Positions 56,306 to 64,000 of a stretch of DNA of 64,000 nt are shown piece after piece. Source of the DNA: a virus (taxonomy: Duplodnaviria; Caudoviricetes). The notes under the pieces are model-generated. The model was given only the letters and a program-made list of their open reading frames with translations. It ran no database searches and was not told the origin of the DNA. The translations under genes and the position numbers were made by a program. The stretch lies in IMG/VR virus record IMGVR_UViG_3300029705_000009; one strand, written 5' to 3'. How positions within the stretch are numbered: position 1 is the first letter of the stretch; each line of letters starts with the position of its first letter.

Positions 56306-58888
56306 ATGTCAGAATACGGACTTAAGATAAAGAACTTTGAAGCCGGTTCTTTATATGGATACAACTTGGGTATTAGAGATAGGCTTGATAGTACAGATGC
56401 AATGCTTTCCAATAGTTTATTTAGTGATTTCCTGAAGGAAAACGGACTTAATGTTTGGAGAGGTGAATCCACTAGAGATGTTATCTGTATAGAGTTTAAT
56501 TATGGCACTCGTTCATACGAAGACGAAATTAAAAATTTTGACAAAATAATAAAAGATATTCAAAAGGACGAAATGTTGTCTGATGACATTAAAGAGGAAC
56601 GTGTCCAAAAGATAGAATTCTTAAAAGAACGTGCAACAATAAATATAGATAAATATCATAAAATATCTCATCAGGAAATAAGAATGCTTTTTTACACTCA
56701 GGGTGTTGATATAAACTATCAGACTTATAACAAAAAAGGAGAAGTAATTAAGGAAGAGAAAATCCACTATAAAATGCTATATAGGACTCCCGGTAAAGCA
56801 AAAAAAGGATCTTGTATGTTTATTAACGAAGATTTATATGATAAAGCCATAGAATTTTTGTATATGGGGATTCAATTACCAAAAGACAATTCTCCTATTG
56901 TTGAAATGGGTGCATACTCCTCTCTTATTACTTCTTCTATCGTTGGAAAAGTTCAGATTTTACCGGAACAGATTTTAGTATTACAAGATGTGGATTCTTT
57001 TTTTCAAACTAATGTTGTTAGCGTGGAAACTGATGAAGATAAACATTGTAAAGCAGTTCCTATAGATAATTATCAAGTAAAAAACACTTTATTTGATGGA
57101 CAGGCTTTGATAGACACATCTATTTTCCCAGACTGGGGAGAAGGTTATATTCTCCTTAGACATCATTTATGTAAGATGGCAGCGTTTCATTCTGATATTC
57201 AAAAATTTATGAAAGATTATTTCGGAGATAAGTATGAAACTGCAACTGTAAAAGATATGTTTGGAAGAGATGTCCGAGTAAAAGACATAAGGCTTATTAC
57301 AACAGACAATGCGATGAAGTGGCTTAAGTTTAATGTTACTTTTGAATATTGGAGTGATTATGTTAGAGCAAACAATAGTATGTTTGGCATTGTAAAAACA
57401 GCTCATGAAAGTAAACTTGGTGAAGTTCAGAGAATGAGTTATCAGATGATTAACGCTCTTGATATGAATATTATGCCACAGGTTGTTCAGTGTAGTATGG
57501 ATTATATAGAGAAGTTAAAAACAAATGACGATGTGTTTTTGAATTATCTTAGAGATAATACTAATTTTTCAAATGACTATGAAGTATTGGTAGCTTTGGT
57601 TGAGCAAAATAGAGATTTTCTAAGAAGTGAATATTTTAGACATCGCAAGGAATGGATTGTTAAATCTTATGTGATGAATTTTAAGAATGGAAAAATCATT
57701 CAAAACGCAGATAATTTGGTTATTATAGGTTCTCCATACGCTATGTTGCTTCATTCTGTTGGTGTTGATGTTAATACTGATCCTACGTTCACTATAGAGC
57801 AAGACACTATACAGTGTTGGACAGAAAGATTTGGCGATGGCGAATACTTAGCAGAGTTTCGCTCTCCATTTAATAGTAAAAACAATATGGGCTATGTACA
57901 TAATGTGCATCATGAATACTTTGATAAGTATTTTAAATTTGGGAAACAGATTATTGCTGTAAATATGATTGGTACTGATTTCCAGGATCGCAATAATGGA
58001 TCTGACATGGATAGTGATTCTATATATACAACAAATCATCCTGATATCGTTCAGTATGCAAAATATTGTTATCTTAACTATCCTACCATTGTAAATAATA
58101 TACCTAAAGAAAAAAATAGCTATTCTTTAAGTTTGGAAAATTATGCTAACATTGATAACAACTTAGCTGCGGCACAATTAGCAATTGGAGAATCAAGTAA
58201 TTTAGCACAGGTATGTTTAACATATACATATAATTTTGATGATCAGAAGTATAAAGATTATGTATGTATTCTTTCTGTGCTTGCTCAAGTAGCCATAGAT
58301 AATGCAAAGCGTAGGTTTGATATTGATTTGACAGAAGAAATTAGTCGCATAAAAAAAGATATGAATATCAAAACTAATGGTTATCCAGCCTTTTGGAGTG
58401 TTATTAGAAGAGATTTCAATAGGAGACGTATAAATAAAAATTTAGTGTGCCCTATGAATTATATATTTGATATTGAGGTTGGAAAATATCGAAGTAGTGC
58501 TTCTACTCTACCTATGAATGAGTTTTTCGTCAAACACAATGTTGACTTAGACAGAAGAAAATCCAAGAAGGTTGAAGATTTAATTCAAAAATATTCCTTG
58601 TCATTATACGAAAACAATGTTGATGGGGAAGATGAAAATGAAAATTATCTTTTACTTAGGACTGATTTTGATGCATTAATTAACGATATTCAGCAGATTT
58701 ACATATCTAAAAATTATTTAGGAATGATGTCTTGGTTAATAAATAGAGCATTTTCAATTGGTTCTGGTGTTAGAAGAAATTCTGAAAATATTATTTCAAC
58801 AATTAACACAAACAAATCTTTATTATTAAAGGTGTTATATAATGTTAACAAAGATGCATTTTTACAGTGTTTTTATAGAAAAGAATAG
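56306..58888 (+). CDS. YonO-like single-subunit DNA-dependent RNA polymerase
   Basis: RTPGKAKKG, LFDGQ, FRSP, NNGSDMDSD metal-binding motif; near HU as in SPbeta yonO-yonN. Confidence 0.85.
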   Translation: MSEYGLKIKNFEAGSLYGYNLGIRDRLDSTDAMLSNSLFSDFLKENGLNVWRGESTRDVICIEFNYGTRSYEDEIKNFDKIIKDIQKDEMLSDDIKEERVQKIEFLKERATINIDKYHKISHQEIRMLFYTQGVDINYQTYNKKGEVIKEEKIHYKMLYRTPGKAKKGSCMFINEDLYDKAIEFLYMGIQLPKDNSPIVEMGAYSSLITSSIVGKVQILPEQILVLQDVDSFFQTNVVSVETDEDKHCKAVPIDNYQVKNTLFDGQALIDTSIFPDWGEGYILLRHHLCKMAAFHSDIQKFMKDYFGDKYETATVKDMFGRDVRVKDIRLITTDNAMKWLKFNVTFEYWSDYVRANNSMFGIVKTAHESKLGEVQRMSYQMINALDMNIMPQVVQCSMDYIEKLKTNDDVFLNYLRDNTNFSNDYEVLVALVEQNRDFLRSEYFRHRKEWIVKSYVMNFKNGKIIQNADNLVIIGSPYAMLLHSVGVDVNTDPTFTIEQDTIQCWTERFGDGEYLAEFRSPFNSKNNMGYVHNVHHEYFDKYFKFGKQIIAVNMIGTDFQDRNNGSDMDSDSIYTTNHPDIVQYAKYCYLNYPTIVNNIPKEKNSYSLSLENYANIDNNLAAAQLAIGESSNLAQVCLTYTYNFDDQKYKDYVCILSVLAQVAIDNAKRRFDIDLTEEISRIKKDMNIKTNGYPAFWSVIRRDFNRRRINKNLVCPMNYIFDIEVGKYRSSASTLPMNEFFVKHNVDLDRRKSKKVEDLIQKYSLSLYENNVDGEDENENYLLLRTDFDALINDIQQIYISKNYLGMMSWLINRAFSIGSGVRRNSENIISTINTNKSLLLKVLYNVNKDAFLQCFYRKE

Positions 58889-59116
58889 AATATATGTGTA
58901 CACTTAATTGTTTTAAACATTTAAAAAACCCAATAAAACTAATCAAAATTAAATGTCGAATTAACCAAGCTTATGAAGAGAAAGTGCGTATTGCACAAGT
59001 ACTTCAACCGCTATTACCGACGCGGGTATAAATATGGAATTCGAATGCATAATGCCAGTGACCCCAGGCTTTATATGGGGTCTGATCAGAATAACTATAT
59101 ATAGGAGAAAAAGGAT

Positions 59117-59464
59117 ATGAAAGCTTTTAGAATGGGACGCAACACTATTGAGCACTACTCTTCTTTTGAGGAAATGGGAAAGGCATGGGGTTGTAAGCCT
59201 GTAACTAAGAAAACTAAAGATGAGGAAAAATTAAAGAAGCAGCGCGAGAATTTTTGCGCAAGACATCGTTGTGAAGCATGTGGTGAGCCGATGCAGTGGA
59301 TTACCGGTTCCGTAATGGCTTGTGTAAACGAAAAGTGTAAAGGTAAAAAGGTTGAGCGTACAGATTCTGAGGGTAATAAGATTGTGTCTTATATTACTTC
59401 ATATGATTTACTGGACGATCTTGGCTCTGAAATCGCAAACAATATTTTTTCCGTAAGTGAATAA
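59117..59464 (+). CDS. Zn-ribbon protein
   Basis: CEAC..CVNEKC. Confidence 0.7.
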   Translation: MKAFRMGRNTIEHYSSFEEMGKAWGCKPVTKKTKDEEKLKKQRENFCARHRCEACGEPMQWITGSVMACVNEKCKGKKVERTDSEGNKIVSYITSYDLLDDLGSEIANNIFSVSE

Positions 59465-59536
59465 AATAATACATCGTATAATTTCCCGAAACGGGACTAA
59501 AATAAAATTTAAATGACAAAAAGGAGATTTTTTAAA

Positions 59537-59809
59537 ATGAACAAGACTGAATTAATTAGTGCAATTGCAGAAAAGACTGGTATGACCAAGAAGAATGTAA
59601 AGGAAGTGCTTGAAGCTACTCAGGAGGTAGTGTTTGCTACTATCAAGGATGAGGAAGTTAAGCTGATGGACGGTGTTACTCTTAGTGCAAAGGTTGTTCC
59701 TGAGAGAACTGCTAGAAATCCTCAGACTGGCGAAGAGATTGTAGTAGCTGAACATATGGCTCCCAAGTGTAAATTCGGCGCAGCAATTAAGAATGCCGTT
59801 AATGCTTAA
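59537..59809 (+). CDS. hup: HU family DNA-binding protein
   Basis: MNKTELISAIAEK..ARNPQTGEEI. Confidence 0.93.
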   Translation: MNKTELISAIAEKTGMTKKNVKEVLEATQEVVFATIKDEEVKLMDGVTLSAKVVPERTARNPQTGEEIVVAEHMAPKCKFGAAIKNAVNA

Positions 59810-59883
59810 TTTTTTGCATAACTAAATAAAATAATACAACAACTTAATATTGATATAAATGTGGAGTGTCTTGCTCCACAAAT

Positions 59884-59954
59884 TGGGGATTCGCCAAGTG
59901 GTTTGGCAATCGGCTGTTAACCGATCTACGGGGGTTCAATTCCCTCATCCCCAG
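59884..59954 (+). tRNA. tRNA-Asn(GTT)
   Basis: Cloverleaf; ATCGG-CTGTTAA-CCGAT. Confidence 0.88.
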
Positions 59955-59959
59955 GTTAC

Positions 59960-60033
59960 TGGGGCATAGTCCAGCTCGGAAGGATACTTGATTTGGGATC
60001 AAGTGGTCGTGGGTTCAAATCCCACTGCTCCAT
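59960..60033 (+). tRNA. tRNA-Pro(TGG)
   Basis: CTTGA-TTTGGGA-TCAAG; GGTTCAAATCC. Confidence 0.88.
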
Positions 60034-60040
60034 TTATTAT

Positions 60041-60113
60041 AGCTGGCGGCAGGTAGGAATCTGACCTAGCCTCATAAGCTAGGGAAACCCGGCTCAATTC
60101 CGGGGCGTAGCAA
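60041..60113 (+). tRNA. tRNA-Met/Ile2(CAT), atypical
   Basis: CTAGC-CTCATAA-GCTAG; CTC T-loop; bulged acceptor. Confidence 0.65.
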
Positions 60114-60129
60114 TTAAAAGGAAAATAAA

Positions 60130-61160
60130 TAATCCCACTACTCTTCCACCTGTGAGGAATAAACCAGGAACGCATGTCAAAGGAAGACCTTCTCTAAATG
60201 CCTGAGACACGTTGGTGGTTAACTGCTTACCACCTTTATAAATAATATGGCGAACTTTAAAAGACGAGTGGGCATAGCTAAAATTGCTGGAGAGCCGAAA
60301 ATAGCACATTAACCAGATTCATCAAACGGCGTGTTCCAAACGAGTTAGTAATCTTGTGGTGAGACGAAAGCTGCTGAGAAAGTCTCAGGTTTATTTACTC
60401 TTCTATCCTAGTGTAGACAGAGCTGAGATTTCGTCATTATGACGTTTTCGTTATAGGTGATTCACTACCTTAAACGTGAGACGATAAAGAAGGGTATAGA
60501 CTCCCAACAAAGAACAGCGCCTATAGGGCATTAATAGTGTGAAGGCTTTGGTTGTCGTTAGTATGGGCTTACCAAAGCAGTATACGTCCGACGGGACTGA
60601 CACCCAGGAAAGACTGGGCAAATTTGAAAGTGTTCCGCTACTTAAGGCGAATTATGATAACAGAAGTTCCTACACCTCTCAACGATGTGTCACATAGGAA
60701 CACATATACATAGGCTTACAAGATACGCTGCAACGCCTTGTGTAAAAACTTGGGTAAGGTTCTTATTGTTTGCAGACAGTAAGAAATAGTCAGGGGTAAA
60801 ACATCGCCAAAGTTTAGCCTTTTTGTCACCCTGATATATTTGGCAGTTTGTAGAACTGCCCTCTGCTTACCAGAGCAACTAAACTGGAGGGATTGTAGCG
60901 TGTCCCAGAATAGAGAAATCTACGCTACTTTTATTTTGCCGAAGAGGCCACTTGCAGAACGTAGAACCGTTAAGGTAGAACGTAAACTGGATATCCGGAA
61001 ATCCGATGTTTTCAGCTAGTTGACTGCTTCACGCTGACAAATTTATGAACAAAAACCGTTAGAGGTTTTTATCAGAGACGGTGCATGCACTGAAACTGAA
61101 TTTGAGCTTTTGAATTGAGAACTTCGGTTCTGTAGAGAGTTGCACATAATGTCCAGCTCT
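60130..61160 (+). ncRNA. large structured ncRNA region (one or several RNAs)
   Basis: ~1 kb without credible ORF between tRNAs; many long-range helices and pseudoknots. Confidence 0.6.
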
Positions 61161-61169
61161 TGATTCTTT

Positions 61170-61241
61170 GGGAGGTTCGTATAGTGGTAAGTACACGAGA
61201 TTTTCATTCTCGTAAGAGGGGTTCAATTCCCCTACCTTCTG
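61170..61241 (+). tRNA. tRNA-Glu(TTC)
   Basis: CGAGA-TTTTCAT-TCTCG. Confidence 0.88.
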
Positions 61242-61247
61242 TGGTTT

Positions 61248-61348
61248 GGCAGTTGGTTATGCTTACGTTTATTTGGGTGGAGTAATTACCATTCTGGGTA
61301 TCCAGTGAGAAACCTATCGGGTGCACACGAGTTCCTTCGGGGGCTGCC
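61248..61348 (+). ncRNA. candidate ~100-nt ncRNA
   Basis: Closed by GGCAGTT/GGCTGCC; lies between tRNAs. Confidence 0.4.
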
Positions 61349-61357
61349 TTTTTATAT

Positions 61358-61430
61358 GCATTTGTGATGTAATTGGCTAACATACCTGCCTTCCAAGCAG
61401 GTTATGCCGGATCGTTCCCGGTCAAATGCT
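61358..61430 (+). tRNA. tRNA-Gly(TCC)
   Basis: CCTGC-CTTCCAA-GCAGG. Confidence 0.88.
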
Positions 61431-61519
61431 CTCAACCGAATTCACAACGCCTCTGATTCAAGCGCAACCCTGTGAATCTTTGTATTAGAAGGAGTCAGGT
61501 ACGTAACTGATTTCTTATT

Positions 61520-61591
61520 GGCTCTATGGTCTAGTGGTTATGACGCTACCCTGTCACGGTAGAAGTGCGAGTTCAATTCTCGCTAGGGTCG
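61520..61591 (+). tRNA. tRNA-Asp(GTC)
   Basis: CTACC-CTGTCAC-GGTAG. Confidence 0.9.
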
Positions 61592-61597
61592 TTATTT

Positions 61598-61670
61598 GGG
61601 GCATTAGCTCAGTTGGGAGAGCACCTGCCTTGCACGCAGGGGGTCATCGGTTCAAGTCCGATATGCTCCA
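61598..61670 (+). tRNA. tRNA-Ala(TGC)
   Basis: G3:U70; CCTGC-CTTGCAC-GCAGG. Confidence 0.92.
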
Positions 61671-61674
61671 TTTT

Positions 61675-61761
61675 GCCTGTTTACTCTAATTGGTAAGAGG
61701 GCAGTCTTGAAAACTGCTGTAGCTGTGAAAGGCGATTGGGGTTCGAGTCCCTAAGCAGGCG
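61675..61761 (+). tRNA. tRNA-Ser(TGA)
   Basis: GCAGT-CTTGAAA-ACTGC; long variable arm; G73. Confidence 0.85.
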
Positions 61762-61812
61762 TGATTATTATCCCATTAAGGGAAATTTATAAATAATAAA
61801 AGGATGAAATAA

Positions 61813-61986
61813 ATGATTAATATCACTAAACAGGAAGCATTTAAGATGAGAGAATTGGGATTTTCTGACAAAGTACATAAAACATACACTAAACACCCTA
61901 CCTATTTTTTGACTGAAGATGTAAAATGTTTAAAAGCATTAAATGATTACAAAAGAGGGCTCATAAAGAATGGGGATCGGAATTAA
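61813..61986 (+). CDS. 57-aa hypothetical protein (not in track)
   Basis: MINITKQEAFKMRELG..*. Confidence 0.6.
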   Translation: MINITKQEAFKMRELGFSDKVHKTYTKHPTYFLTEDVKCLKALNDYKRGLIKNGDRN

Positions 61987-63115
61987 TAAAAATTTATCTC
62001 AAGAAGATAAGACAAAATTATATAAAAGCAAATTAGAAAAAATCAATAAAGATATTGAAGTAATAGGTGATTATGTAGATACGAAAACCAAAATTAGACT
62101 TAGGTGTAAAAATTTGCATGAATGGGATACTAAGCCTATGAATCCGTTAGAAGGTAAAGGTTGTCCTATATGTTCTGGAAAATATACAAATACAATAAGC
62201 TTTGTTGAAAAAATGGAAAAAATAAATAATAACATAGAAATTTTATCAGAGTATATTAACGCAAAGACTAAAATTAAATGTAGATGCTTACTTGATAATT
62301 ATGAATGGAATGCAACCCCTAATCAATTACTAAGCGGTAAAGGCTGCCCTAAATGTTCAAAAAGAATACGTTATACGCATGATGATTTTGTGTCTATCAT
62401 TGAGGATAAGTTTGATGGAAAAATAAAAATAAAATCAAAATATAATGGGCAATTAAATAGTTTAAACTGTGAATGTCTTGTATGTGGCAATGAATGGACA
62501 TCAAAACATGCAAGATTAGTATTTGTCGCTAAAACAACACCTTGTATAAATTGTGCCGCAAAAATAAGAGGTGAAAAATCAAGAGATACTGAAGCTGATT
62601 TTATTAGTAAGTTGAGTAAGATTACTGATAACATAACATTGGTTGGGAAATATGAATTATCTAGTGTAAAGACCGAATTTTATTGTAATATATGTGAATC
62701 ATATTTTAAAGAGTATCCGGCAAAAATTCTAGTTAGAAACGGAAAGTGCCCGTGTTGCGGTTTAAGTAAAGGTGAAAAGAAAATATTTGAATATTTAAAA
62801 AAGCATAATATTGAATTCGAAAGAGAGTATTCTTTTCATGATTTGTTTAGTGATAACGGAACTTTGTTACGTTACGATTTTGCAATAATAAAAAACAATT
62901 CTGTAAATAAAATTATAGAATTCGATGGCGTGTTTCACTATGAAAAGGTTTATCCGGATCACGACCTTGAAAAGCAACAACGTTATGATGAAATCAAAAA
63001 TAATTATTGTTCTAATCATAACATTGAAATACTTCGTATTCCTTATTGGAATTATGAAAATATCGAAAAGATATTGGATGACTTTTTAAATAATAAAAAT
63101 TTTTGGAAACACTAA
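61970..63115 (+). CDS. putative homing endonuclease: Zn-ribbon repeats plus C-terminal Vsr/PD-(D/E)XK-like domain
   Basis: Repeated GCPxC modules; SKGE..YDF..IEFDG..H..LRIPY. Confidence 0.8.
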   Translation: MGIGINKNLSQEDKTKLYKSKLEKINKDIEVIGDYVDTKTKIRLRCKNLHEWDTKPMNPLEGKGCPICSGKYTNTISFVEKMEKINNNIEILSEYINAKTKIKCRCLLDNYEWNATPNQLLSGKGCPKCSKRIRYTHDDFVSIIEDKFDGKIKIKSKYNGQLNSLNCECLVCGNEWTSKHARLVFVAKTTPCINCAAKIRGEKSRDTEADFISKLSKITDNITLVGKYELSSVKTEFYCNICESYFKEYPAKILVRNGKCPCCGLSKGEKKIFEYLKKHNIEFEREYSFHDLFSDNGTLLRYDFAIIKNNSVNKIIEFDGVFHYEKVYPDHDLEKQQRYDEIKNNYCSNHNIEILRIPYWNYENIEKILDDFLNNKNFWKH

Positions 63116-63128
63116 AAAACTGAAAGTG

Positions 63129-64000
63129 GTGATAAATATCGCTAAGAAAAAGAGTAAGGAAGGGATCAGAGTATCTTTTGTAGATGAACCAGCATCAGAG
63201 GACGTAACTGGAAGCGGGGTCTTAATTGAGACACCAAACCATAAAATATTGTTGGATTATGGTCTGGCTCAAAGTAATGACAGGTATGAGGATTTTTTAG
63301 TTAACAATAGGAAGACACGAGAATTTAAAGCACGAGATATTGATTTAATATTCATCTCACATTTACACGCAGACCACTCATTATTGTGTCCTAAGCTATT
63401 TAAAGATGGATGTAATGGTGGAGTTATTATTTCCAAAGGTAATATGGGAGTATTAAAAACAATGGCTACAGATAGTGCATTAATCTCAGAAAGAGATGTG
63501 CTATTGATAAATTCACAGCATGATAAAAAGTACTCTCCTATTTATTCAATTGATGATGTTAATAAAATGATTGAACATACTTTTGAAATGAATACAAATG
63601 AAAAAATCTATCTAGACGATGAAATATCTTTTAAATTAATTCCTAGTGGACATTTATTGGGCGGTGTTCAAATTGTATTGTACATAACTATTAATGGAGT
63701 CACAAAGGTTGTTGGATATACCGGTGATATAGGCAATAGAGAAATTAACAACTATTTCGTAGGAAAGTTTCAACCAATAGATTGTTTCTGTGATATTTTT
63801 ATCGGAGAGTCTACATATGGTGATAGACCGGATTTAAAAACCGGTATCAAAGAAAGAAAAAATGACCTAGATAAGTTAAAGTCTATTATTGATATGCAAA
63901 TAAAAGAAATGAAAGGCCGAGTTCTTATTCCGTCATTTGCTCAAAGTAGAGTTCAGCAATTGGCTTTAATGATTTATCAGTTATATAAGAACGAAGAATG
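63129..64000 (+). CDS. MBL-fold beta-CASP ribonuclease (partial)
   Basis: VTGS, SHLHADH, SGHLLG, TGD, ESTYG, PSFAQSR. Confidence 0.88.
   Translation, partial: MINIAKKKSKEGIRVSFVDEPASEDVTGSGVLIETPNHKILLDYGLAQSNDRYEDFLVNNRKTREFKARDIDLIFISHLHADHSLLCPKLFKDGCNGGVIISKGNMGVLKTMATDSALISERDVLLINSQHDKKYSPIYSIDDVNKMIEHTFEMNTNEKIYLDDEISFKLIPSGHLLGGVQIVLYITINGVTKVVGYTGDIGNREINNYFVGKFQPIDCFCDIFIGESTYGDRPDLKTGIKERKNDLDKLKSIIDMQIKEMKGRVLIPSFAQSRVQQLALMIYQLYKNEE

Noticed and set aside
60130-61160. tmRNA, RNase P RNA or group I intron
   Set aside because: No tmRNA tRNA-like termini, no GAGGAAAGUCC and no convincing P7 pair; the minus-strand ORF 60094-60309 looks spurious.
1-64000. CRISPR array
   Set aside because: No regularly spaced 25-45 bp repeats with unique spacers; the junction sites are 16 bp and separated by whole ORFs.
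1-64000. Stop-codon recoding
   Set aside because: Long genes are intact in code 11, all three stop codons terminate genes, and no suppressor tRNA was found.

Overview
A 64-kb segment of a large, AT-rich, SPbeta-like temperate phage or prophage of a Firmicute (probably clostridial). Genes run on the minus strand from ~35 kb leftward and on the plus strand from ~35.5 kb rightward. They diverge from a ~1.2-kb, largely non-coding region with DnaA boxes, iteron-like repeats and sigma-A promoters, next to an SF2 helicase-like gene (likely origin). The left end carries an NAD-dependent DNA ligase preceded by LexA boxes and an SPbeta-type yopP-yopQ-yopR(mrpR) lysogeny module. Both arms hold ~140 small ORFs plus a C5 DNA methyltransferase, peptide deformylase, SLT transglycosylase, HicA-like, YopX, SLOG, phosphoesterases and YqeY. 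The right end carries a cysteine desulfurase abutting a YonO-type single-subunit RNA polymerase, HU, 8 tRNAs interleaved with ~1.2 kb of apparently structured ncRNA, a Zn-ribbon endonuclease and a beta-CASP nuclease. Most notable: (1) a 16-bp WAAAA-N6-TTTTA palindromic site recurs at small-gene junctions, with the same 6-bp spacer repeated on both sides of single ORFs, suggesting an integron-like recombinase-driven cassette system; (2) a type III hammerhead ribozyme in the first leftward operon; (3) pseudoknotted ncRNA candidates; (4) a genome-wide oriented TAAATAAAATAATA motif. All calls come from reading the sequence by eye; no searches were run.
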